A stretch of DNA of 13,846 nt from Candidatus Bipolaricaulia bacterium (lineage in GTDB: Bacteria > Bipolaricaulota > Bipolaricaulia > RBG-16-55-9). The position numbers were made by a program, and so were the translations under genes. Each line of letters opens with the position of its first letter. Position 1 is the stretch's first letter. The notes under the pieces were generated by a model that was given only the letters and a program-made list of their open reading frames with translations, was not told the DNA's origin and did no database searches. Positions 1-6,767 of this stretch are shown here, piece by piece. The stretch covers positions 1 to 13,846 of the forward strand of contig JBDGQO010000081.1 of the NCBI GenBank assembly GCA_042219045.1, read 5' to 3'.

Positions 1-3
1 CCA

Positions 4-32
4 TTGAAGCGGTTCTGGGTGGATGATATGGT
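4..32 (+). promoter_or_regulatory. Putative sigma70 promoter for the RHH-MshEN gene
   Basis: TTGAAG (4-9), 17-nt spacer, TATGGT (27-32) preceded by an extended -10 TG (24-25). It lies about 50 nt upstream of ATG 86. Confidence 0.55.
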
Positions 33-85
33 TAGGATGCTCAGGATAAGTGAGAAAGGCATGGATTGATCGGGAGGTGAAGGGT

Positions 86-427
86 ATGCAAATGACGATC
101 TATTACACGAAGGCCGACGAGTATCTGATCGACAAGATCGATGAGATGGCCTATCGTGAGCGGAAAAGCCGAAGCGCGGTCATCCTGACCGTCCTGGAGC
201 GCTACTTCGAAGGGGAGAAGCGACTCGGGGAGATCCTCGTCGACATGGGCAAACTGTCCGGTGAGCAGCTGGATGATCTCATCAAGAAGCAGCATCAAGC
301 GGAGGACCATCGGCGGTTGGGCGAAATGCTCCTGGAAGACGAGTTGATCTCGGAAAAGGATCTCCACCGGGCGCTGGCCGTCCAGAAGGCGGAGAACGCC
401 AGCAGTGACGGCCAGAACGGAGCTTAA
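86..427 (+). CDS. Ribbon-helix-helix (CopG/Arc/MetJ-like) DNA-binding protein fused to a tandem MshEN-type c-di-GMP-binding domain, 113 aa
   Basis: Start moved from GTG 50 to ATG 86 because SD GGGAGGTGA is at 72-80. The N-terminus MQMTIYY...LIDKIDEMAYRERKSRSAVILTVLERYF fits the beta-alpha-alpha RHH pattern (including SRS). The C-terminus has two 24-aa motifs, RLGEILVDMGKLSGEQLDDLIKKQ (221-292) and RLGEMLLEDELISEKDLHRALAVQ (314-385), matching the MshEN consensus RLGxxLLxxGLVxxxxLxxxLxxQ. Confidence 0.8.
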   Translation: MQMTIYYTKADEYLIDKIDEMAYRERKSRSAVILTVLERYFEGEKRLGEILVDMGKLSGEQLDDLIKKQHQAEDHRRLGEMLLEDELISEKDLHRALAVQKAENASSDGQNGA

Positions 428-1017
428 GGTTCAACGGACGGACGTTTGCCCGCAACCATCTTCGCTTGCAAGTAGGCCACGAGCCCGATCATCAAGACCG
501 CGTCACCGACGCTGAAGACGTTTGCGAGCGGAATCCATTCCGGCGTGGCGAAGACGTCCCCGAGCCACCCGAGCGTCGTCTCTCCATCCATTCGGACGCT
601 ATTCGCATGCGTGCATCTTCCCTGGTGAACGGTTACACACGCTTCGAGTGCCTTCGCTGAGCTTTCCAGGCCTGCCTGGCGTAACTTAGCTGGCGTGGTC
701 GGCATGAAGCCGCCATTCAGCGCAATGACGATCGCGTTCAGCGCCATGCCGCCGCCCATCACGACGATGCCCCATTCCCGCCAGTTGGCGAGCGCAAAGA
801 GGACGAGCACGGCATAGGACGCCAAGTGAATCGTGGACGTGCCGCTTGCCAGTATCGGCCCGTCAAGACCGGGCAACGGAAAGATCAGAACCTGCAACAC
901 CAGTGCCAGGAACACCAACCACGTGGCGCGAAATTGGATCTGGCCAAGCGACGCAAGCCGCCCGCCCCGCAGATATCCGATCAAAAGCCCGATCGGCACG
1001 GCCCAAAGCAGCAGCAT
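424..1017 (-). CDS. DUF5317-like multi-pass membrane protein, 197 aa
   Basis: Several hydrophobic helices plus family-typical motifs GYLRGGRL, GMALNAIVIALNGGFMP, LGWLGDVF and NVFSVGD. The start is 1 nt downstream of the HD-GYP remnant stop. Confidence 0.75.
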   Translation of the reverse strand: MLLLWAVPIGLLIGYLRGGRLASLGQIQFRATWLVFLALVLQVLIFPLPGLDGPILASGTSTIHLASYAVLVLFALANWREWGIVVMGGGMALNAIVIALNGGFMPTTPAKLRQAGLESSAKALEACVTVHQGRCTHANSVRMDGETTLGWLGDVFATPEWIPLANVFSVGDAVLMIGLVAYLQAKMVAGKRPSVEP

Positions 1018-1018
1018 G

Positions 1019-1616
1019 TTAGTGAGACGAGGAGGAAGCGTCCGAGGCGGACGCCGAGTCGCTTTCGCTGTAACGACCCCGATCTTCGTTCACAAACTGT
1101 TGGAAGGCGTCGACGACGTTGGGGTCGGAGTGCGTGCCACGTTCGGCCTTGAGGATGTCCATGGCTTGTTCGCGCGGGTAAGCGCTACGATAAGGGCGAT
1201 CGGTTGTCAGGGCATGGTAGGCGTCGGCTATAGTGATGATTCGGGCTCCCATAGGGATTTGATCGCCTTCAAGTCCGTGCGGATAGCCTCGGCCATGCCA
1301 ATGCTCGTGTTCGTGACGCACGATATCGACAACGTGGGTGTCCATCTCCAACCCCTCGACGGGATCCGCGCCGATATCGGGGTGGATCTCCATGATCGCC
1401 CGCTCGCCGTCGGTCAGTCGATTCGACTCTTTCAAGATGGAGTGCGGGTTGCCAATCCTGCCGTCATCATGAATGAGGGCTCAAATCGCACCTGCATGGT
1501 CAAGTCCGTTTCCCTGCGGGGCATGTTTCCAGCCTTCGTTTGGCTCATGACCTCACCAATATCTTAGCAGGTGACGCGTCTGACCGTGAGTCTTGGAGGT
1601 CACGCGCGTGCAGCAT
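1019..1616 (-). pseudogene. Degraded HD-GYP c-di-GMP phosphodiesterase
   Basis: ORF 1019-1435 holds the C-terminal HD-GYP motifs (HP, HEHWHGRGYP, ARIITIADAYHALTTDRPYR). The same frame extends upstream through ALIHDDGRIG (HD at 1471-1466) to an in-frame TGA at 1483-1481. Further upstream, LHARD / THG / RRVT...IGEVM are scattered over different frames with stops and resemble the LDARDxYTxGHSxRV...I..xM consensus. Confidence 0.75.
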
Positions 1617-1621
1617 CCCCT

Positions 1622-1650
1622 TGGACGCGGTCTGACACAGCAGGTATACT
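1622..1650 (+). promoter_or_regulatory. Putative sigma70 promoter of the bdbD-bdbC operon
   Basis: TGGACG (1622-1627), 17-nt spacer, TATACT (1645-1650). SD GGAGG at 1682-1686 precedes ATG 1694. Confidence 0.6.
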
Positions 1651-1693
1651 CAGCTAGCAACCCGGATAAGCCCCTCAGGACGGAGGCGTTGAC

Positions 1694-2446
1694 ATGGGCA
1701 AACAGCAAAAGAAGAAACAGCAATCGTCGAACCAATCCGAACGCCAACAGAAGCAGACCGACCGCGACGCGCAAATGCAAAAGATCACGAGCTACACGGG
1801 TATCGTCGTCGTCGCGCTCGTTGTTGCCTTTATCGGCATCTACGTCTTCAGCAACCAGAACTCCACTGGAGGCGGCAGCGAGAACGTCCCGTTGAGCATT
1901 GACGGCCAACCGACGCTCGGCCCCTCCGATGCTCCCGTTGAGGTCATCGAGTTCGGCGACTTCATGTGCCCGGCCTGCAAAGCGTTCCACGAGCGGGTCT
2001 ACCCACAGTTGAAAAGCAACTACGTCGATACCGGCCAGATCCAGTTCGCGTTCCTCAACTTCCCGCTTCCGATTGGTGAGGGCTCCTGGACGGCGGCGGA
2101 CGGTGCCGAATGTGTCTATCATCAGGCTGGCAACAAGGCCTTCTGGGGCTATTACAATGGCGTTTATACCAACCAAGGACCAGAGAGCGAATCATGGGTG
2201 ACGACTGATCTCTTGGTGCAACTGGCCCAGGACTACACCGAGACCGAGATCGACACGGACGGCCTCCGGCAGTGCATCAACAACCAGGAATACCGCGACG
2301 AGGTCGAACGAGACCGCAGTATGGGCCGTACCGCCAATATCCCCGGAACCCCGGCCATCTTCGTCAATGGGCGCCAGATGTCGGACTTCTCCTACTCAAC
2401 CATTTCGTCGGCCATTGATGAGGAGCTGGGTAGCGGCTCTGAATGA
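1694..2446 (+). CDS. bdbD: Membrane-anchored DsbA-family thiol-disulfide oxidoreductase (BdbD-like), 250 aa
   Basis: Basic N-terminus then one TM helix; GxxDAPVEVIEFGDFMCPAC active site (CxxC); GTP cis-Pro loop followed by FVNG; SD GGAGG. Confidence 0.9.
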   Translation: MGKQQKKKQQSSNQSERQQKQTDRDAQMQKITSYTGIVVVALVVAFIGIYVFSNQNSTGGGSENVPLSIDGQPTLGPSDAPVEVIEFGDFMCPACKAFHERVYPQLKSNYVDTGQIQFAFLNFPLPIGEGSWTAADGAECVYHQAGNKAFWGYYNGVYTNQGPESESWVTTDLLVQLAQDYTETEIDTDGLRQCINNQEYRDEVERDRSMGRTANIPGTPAIFVNGRQMSDFSYSTISSAIDEELGSGSE

Positions 2447-2880
2447 CGACATTCCTGGGGCGCTACGGCCTCTATCTCGGTTGGCTCGTCGCGATCGTGG
2501 CTACGGGCGGCAGCCTCTATTTGAGCGAGGTCGTCGGCTTTGTCCCATGCAAACTCTGCTGGCTCCAGCGCATCTTCATGTATCCGCTGGCGATCGTCCT
2601 CGGCATGGCCAGTTTCCGCCAAGATCGCCCGTTCGCGATATACGCGCTGCCGCTGACCGTCATTGGCGGACTGATTGCGCTTTTCCACTATCTGGAACAG
2701 AAGGTGCCCGGCATCGGTGCGGCTTCGATCTGTCGGGGCGGCGGTGTGCCGTGTGACGCGGAATATATCAACTGGCTGGGCTTTGTGACGATTCCCTCAT
2801 TGGCGCTGATCGCGTTCGTGTTGATCACGGCCTGTCTCGCCTTTGTCCGTCGTGCCTCGAATGGAGACGTCGCACCATGA
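2443..2880 (+). CDS. bdbC: Disulfide bond formation protein, DsbB family (BdbC-like), 145 aa
   Basis: [21 protein letters not shown] and a second Cys pair C...PC, then FVTIP; four TM segments; ATGA overlap with bdbD. Confidence 0.92.
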   Translation: MTTFLGRYGLYLGWLVAIVATGGSLYLSEVVGFVPCKLCWLQRIFMYPLAIVLGMASFRQDRPFAIYALPLTVIGGLIALFHYLEQKVPGIGAASICRGGGVPCDAEYINWLGFVTIPSLALIAFVLITACLAFVRRASNGDVAP

Positions 2881-3359
2881 TCCGTCGATCAACGCTGATG
2901 ATTTGCGCCATCGCGGTTGCCATCGGGCCCCTGGGTGACGCAATCGCCCAGCCTCCGTCGCAGCACACCGTTCGGGCCCAAGTGGCAGCAGGGACGGTCG
3001 GAAGCGCCATCGCCGGAGTCGGAACGTATCTCGGGGTCCACGCCGTCTGCGACGAGCTCGCCGAGGACGGACCGGCCTTGTATTGCATCATTTACGGAAT
3101 GGGGGGCTATGCCGTTGCCCTGCCGCTCGGCGCAGCCGCCGGCGTCCGCATTGCAGCGTCAATCGGGGATGTCGAGGGGAACACGTGGTTGAGCATTCTG
3201 GGCGCGCTCGGCGGCGAAGCCGGTGGCCTCTTGGCGGTACGGGGCGTGGGCGCTCTGCTGGACGATCCGGGCGAACTCTATTTTCTGTTGGCGTATGCCG
3301 GGATCATGCCGCTTGCCAGCGGCGCGGGGGCAGCCTGGGGATTCAACGCGGGAACCTGA
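2877..3359 (+). CDS. Hypothetical exported or membrane protein, Gly/Ala-rich (glycine-zipper-like), 160 aa
   Basis: ATGA overlap with bdbC; signal-peptide-like N-terminus (AIA|Q); about four Gly/Ala-rich hydrophobic segments; Cys pair in CDELAEDGPALYC. Confidence 0.7.
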   Translation: MIRRSTLMICAIAVAIGPLGDAIAQPPSQHTVRAQVAAGTVGSAIAGVGTYLGVHAVCDELAEDGPALYCIIYGMGGYAVALPLGAAAGVRIAASIGDVEGNTWLSILGALGGEAGGLLAVRGVGALLDDPGELYFLLAYAGIMPLASGAGAAWGFNAGT

Positions 3360-3422
3360 CCGGCCTGGGAACGACAGCCCGCTCCGATACCAATCAGCTG
3401 AGAACCTCGGTCGGCGCGTTCG

Positions 3423-3839
3423 TCAATCGGCTGTCGACTCGTGGAGCGACTGCCGAACTTGGTCCTCGTGACGCTTCCGCAGCGCTTGCTTGAGGGTATC
3501 CAACGAGAGCACGGCGCACTTCGTCCGGTTCTGGACGATCTCCTTGCCGAGGATTTCCATCAGCTCTTCGTGCGTGACGTTTTCGAGCTGCTCGACCGTC
3601 ATGTCTTGAATCTCGTCCAAGAGGATGTCGGCGGAGGCCTGGCTGATCGTGCAGCCTTCGCCCTCGAACGACGCGTCGCTCAACTGGTCCCCGTCGAACT
3701 TGAGGTGCAGGTGGACGATGTCGCCGCAGCCCGGGTTGCCGCCCTCGGCGGAGACGTCGGCGTCCGGCAGGGCTCGCTTGTGGTGCGGGCTCTCGAAGCG
3801 ATCCAGCAAGTATTCGATTTGGGCCTGTCGGTCCAGCAT
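3423..3839 (-). CDS. IscU/SufU (NifU_N) family Fe-S scaffold or sulfur-acceptor protein, 138 aa
   Basis: Three conserved Cys: NPGCGD (C38, D40), GEGCTISQAS (C63), RTKCA (C108). SD GGAGG lies in the end of the rhodanese gene. Confidence 0.88.
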   Translation of the reverse strand: MLDRQAQIEYLLDRFESPHHKRALPDADVSAEGGNPGCGDIVHLHLKFDGDQLSDASFEGEGCTISQASADILLDEIQDMTVEQLENVTHEELMEILGKEIVQNRTKCAVLSLDTLKQALRKRHEDQVRQSLHESTAD

Positions 3840-3845
3840 GGTTTG

Positions 3846-4703
3846 TTATCCCTCCGGCTTCTCGATCGGGGCCCCGACCAGGTTGCCCCACTCGGTCCAG
3901 GAGCCGTCGTAGTTTTTGACGTTGTCGTAGCCGAGCAGATACTTGAGGACGAACCACGTGTGGCTGGAGCGCTCGCCGATGCGGCAGTAGGCGATGATGT
4001 CGTTGTCCCCCGTGACCCCCTGCTCCTCGTACAGGCGCTGGAGTTCGTCGGCCGGCTTGAACGTGCCGTCGTCGTTAGTGGCCTGGGACCACGGGATGTT
4101 GGCGGCGCCGGGGATGTGGCCGCCGCGCATGGCGCCCTCTTGGGGATACCCCGGCATGTGGAGGAGTTCGCCCCGATACTCCTGGGGCGAGCGGACGTCC
4201 ACCAAGGGCAAGTTCTGCTCGAGGTGGCGGAAGACGTCGTCACGGAACGCCCGAATGTCCAGATTCGGGTCTTCGGCCGTGTAGTCGGTCGAGGGGAACT
4301 CCGGCACGTCCTTGGTGAGCGGCCGCTCCTCCTCGATCCACTTGGCGCGACCCCCGTCCATGATCTTTTTGTTCGCGTGGCCGTAGAGCTCAAAGAGCCA
4401 GAAGGAGTAACAGGCGAACCAGTTGCTCTTGTCGCCGTAGAACACGATCGTCGTGTCGTTGTCGATGCCGAGGTTGCTCATGAGCTCTTCGAACTCGGCC
4501 TTGCCGATGAAGTCGCGTTGCACGGGATCCTGGAGGATCGTAAACCAGTCGACCTTGACGGCGTTCGGGATGTGGCCCTGTTCGTAGAGCAGATAGTCCT
4601 CGTCGGATTCGGCAATGCGGACGTTCGGATCATCCAAGTGCTCGGCGACCCAGTCCGTGCTCACCAGCACGTCCGGGCGGGCATAATCCTGGTTTGAGCT
4701 CAT
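3846..4703 (-). CDS. sseA: Tandem-domain rhodanese / thiosulfate sulfurtransferase (SseA/CysA-type), 285 aa
   Basis: Start reassigned to ATG 4703 (SD AAAGGAG). Motifs LVSTDW, GHIPNA, GGHIPGA, active-site YCRIGERSS and C-terminal YDGSWTEW rhodanese signature. Confidence 0.92.
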   Translation of the reverse strand: MSSNQDYARPDVLVSTDWVAEHLDDPNVRIAESDEDYLLYEQGHIPNAVKVDWFTILQDPVQRDFIGKAEFEELMSNLGIDNDTTIVFYGDKSNWFACYSFWLFELYGHANKKIMDGGRAKWIEEERPLTKDVPEFPSTDYTAEDPNLDIRAFRDDVFRHLEQNLPLVDVRSPQEYRGELLHMPGYPQEGAMRGGHIPGAANIPWSQATNDDGTFKPADELQRLYEEQGVTGDNDIIAYCRIGERSSHTWFVLKYLLGYDNVKNYDGSWTEWGNLVGAPIEKPEG

Positions 4704-4782
4704 GTGCACTCCTTTCGCGAGCCATTGCTGCCGTTCCCAGCGCCCCGGTGGGGAGCCATTCTGTCCGGGAACGGACGCCGTT

Positions 4783-4810
4783 ATGATAAAAAGCAGACCG
4801 GATGTGTCAA
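4783..4810 (-). promoter_or_regulatory. Putative sigma70 promoter for the rhodanese-IscU/SufU pair
   Basis: Minus strand: perfect TTGACA (4810-4805, overlapping the coaD TGA stop), 16-nt spacer, TATCAT (4788-4783). The region is locally AT-rich. Confidence 0.65.
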
Positions 4811-5295
4811 GGTTGGGCGAGCGCCCGCTCCAATGCCGTTTCGACAACCGGCGGCACGAAGCGCGAGACGTCGCCGTCGAAGCTTTTAATCTCGCGGACG
4901 ACGCTCGAGCTGAGGAACGAGTACTCGCCGCTGGTCATGAAAAAGACGCTTTCGATGTCCGAGTCGAGATCGCGGTTGGTCAGCGCCATCTGGAATTCAC
5001 GCTCGAAGTCGGAGTTGACCCGCAGGCCGCGGATGATGGCCTCGACGTCGTAGCGCTGGGCGCAGTCGATGACGAGGCCTTCCCACATGACCACGGGCAC
5101 GTCGTCGAGCCCTTCCGCATCGAGCGCGTCCCGGCACAGCGACTGGCGCTGTTGCAGCGGAAAGAGCGTCGACTTGTGCGGGTTGGTCACCACCGCCACG
5201 GTCAGCTCGTCGAAGATCCGCCGCGCCCGCTGGACGATGTCGATGTGGCCGTAGGTGATGGGATCGAAGCTGCCGGGGTAGATGGCGCTCGGCAT
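4807..5295 (-). CDS. coaD: Pantetheine-phosphate adenylyltransferase, 162 aa
   Basis: [12 protein letters not shown] (HxGH-type motif), IRGLR...[14 protein letters not shown]; typical length. Confidence 0.95.
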   Translation of the reverse strand: MPSAIYPGSFDPITYGHIDIVQRARRIFDELTVAVVTNPHKSTLFPLQQRQSLCRDALDAEGLDDVPVVMWEGLVIDCAQRYDVEAIIRGLRVNSDFEREFQMALTNRDLDSDIESVFFMTSGEYSFLSSSVVREIKSFDGDVSRFVPPVVETALERALAQP

Positions 5296-5299
5296 GGCC

Positions 5300-5845
5300 T
5301 CAGCCTCGGTACTGGGGATGAATTTCGGCGGCCTCGGCCCGGTGGTTGGCCATCCGAGCCATGAGAAACAGCAGATCGGAAATCCGATTGAGATACTTGA
5401 CGACGTCGGCGTTGATCCGCTCTTGGGCGCCCAGCTCGACGACGCGGCGCTCGGCGCGGCGGGCGACCGTGCGCGCGTAGTGGAGCCAGGCGGCCAGCGT
5501 CGTGCCCCCGGGTAAGATGAACTGCGTCAGCGGCGGGAGCTCGGCGTCGATCTCGTCACAGGCCCGCTCGATTGCTTCCACGTGGATCGGGTCGACGCGC
5601 GGCGTGTCGGCTTCAAGGTCCTCGTTGGCGAGGTCGGCGCAGACGGTGTGGAGCTCGTCCTGACGGCGCGCGATCATCTCGACCAGCGGCTTGTCCGTGG
5701 CTTGAGCTCGGGCCATGCCGAGCAGGGCGTTCAGCTCGTCCACGGCGCCATAGGCGTCGATGCGCGGGGCCGACTTGCTGACCCGAGTCCCGCCGAACAG
5801 GGCGGTCTCGCCGGAGTCGCCGCCGCGCGTGTAGATTCTCACCAT
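5300..5845 (-). CDS. pduO: PduO-type ATP:cob(I)alamin adenosyltransferase, 181 aa
   Basis: IYTRGGDSGET, AYGAVDELN, FILPGG, ARTVARRAER and YLNRISDLLF motifs. Confidence 0.93.
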   Translation of the reverse strand: MVRIYTRGGDSGETALFGGTRVSKSAPRIDAYGAVDELNALLGMARAQATDKPLVEMIARRQDELHTVCADLANEDLEADTPRVDPIHVEAIERACDEIDAELPPLTQFILPGGTTLAAWLHYARTVARRAERRVVELGAQERINADVVKYLNRISDLLFLMARMANHRAEAAEIHPQYRG

Positions 5846-6762
5846 GGCGAGGCCACAGGGTACACCGCGTCGCGCGCCAGCTCCAGGTCCGCGAAGTCGT
5901 CCGGGTGGATCAACGACGCGAGGATCTCGAGCCCGTGCACCAGGCGCGGCCCCGGCCGGTTTAAGTAGAACGAGCCGTGGACGACATGGACGCGACCCGA
6001 CTTGACGGCCGTGAGGTCGGGCCAGAGCTCGTGGCCGAGCAACAAATCCAGTTCGTCTGCTGTCCGTTCGGGCGCAAAGCCGCAGGGCATGATGACGATG
6101 ACCTCGGGATTGAAGCGCGCCACGTCGGCCAAGTCGATCTCCTCAGAGCGATCGCCGGGGGCGTTCATGGCCTCGCCGCCGGCGGCCTCGATCATCTCCG
6201 GAACCCAATGCCCGCCGACGAACAAGGGATCGAGCCACTCGATCGCCAGCGTGCGGGGAACGTCCAGCGTCGTGAACGCGCGTTCCCGGACGCGATCGAT
6301 GCGCGCCTGCAACGCTTGGATGAGGGTCTCGGCGCGTTCGACGCGGCCCGTCGCCTCGCCAACCACGCGGATCGTATCGAGCACATCTCCCAGCGACGTT
6401 GGCTCGAGCGAAACGAGCTCGGCATCGCCCTGGAGCCGGCGCGCGGCCTGTTGGACCTCGTCGAACGACGGCGCGCAGACCTCACAGAGCTCTTGGGTCA
6501 GGATGAGGTCGGGATCGAGCCGTTCGAGAAGTTCATCATCGAGATGATACACGCTCAGGCCTTGATGGAGCCGATCGCGGACCATCTCGTCGATGGCGTC
6601 GCTCGGCTGGTCGCCGGTGACGATCGCGTCGCTCAGGACCGCCCGGTCCACTTGGACCTCGGGGGGCCAGTCGCAGTCGTGGGAAACTCCGACCAGTTGC
6701 TGGGTCAACCCGAGCTGGCAGACGATCTCCGTGGCGCTCGGCAATAAGGACACGATGTTCAT
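5839..6762 (-). CDS. BtuF-like (helical-backbone, cobalamin-binding fold) protein with no signal peptide, about 307 aa
   Basis: Begins directly with IVSLLPSATEI; LVGVSHDCDWP, PDLILTQELCEVC, EWLDP...GHWVPEM, MPCGF, NRPGPRL. Start is ATG 6762, or GTG 6771 overlapping the upstream stop. Confidence 0.82.
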   Translation of the reverse strand: MNIVSLLPSATEIVCQLGLTQQLVGVSHDCDWPPEVQVDRAVLSDAIVTGDQPSDAIDEMVRDRLHQGLSVYHLDDELLERLDPDLILTQELCEVCAPSFDEVQQAARRLQGDAELVSLEPTSLGDVLDTIRVVGEATGRVERAETLIQALQARIDRVRERAFTTLDVPRTLAIEWLDPLFVGGHWVPEMIEAAGGEAMNAPGDRSEEIDLADVARFNPEVIVIMPCGFAPERTADELDLLLGHELWPDLTAVKSGRVHVVHGSFYLNRPGPRLVHGLEILASLIHPDDFADLELARDAVYPVASPW

Positions 6763-6767
6763 GACAG

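Noticed and set aside
1481..1483. In-frame TGA before the HD motif as selenocysteine or read-through
   Set aside because: Not a Cys position in HD-GYP proteins, and further stops and frameshifts upstream indicate decay.
833..1567. 244-aa plus-strand ORF spanning DUF5317 and HD-GYP
   Set aside because: Antisense to recognisable genes, with no motif support.
3360..3422. Bidirectional terminator between the convergent operons
   Set aside because: No convincing stem or U/A tract seen.
3441..4697. 418-aa plus-strand ORF
   Set aside because: Antisense shadow of the rhodanese and IscU/SufU genes, expected from high-GC codon bias; no recognisable motifs.
4704..4847. N-terminal extension of the rhodanese ORF
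   Set aside because: It overlaps coaD and the predicted promoter; ATG 4703 has a strong SD.
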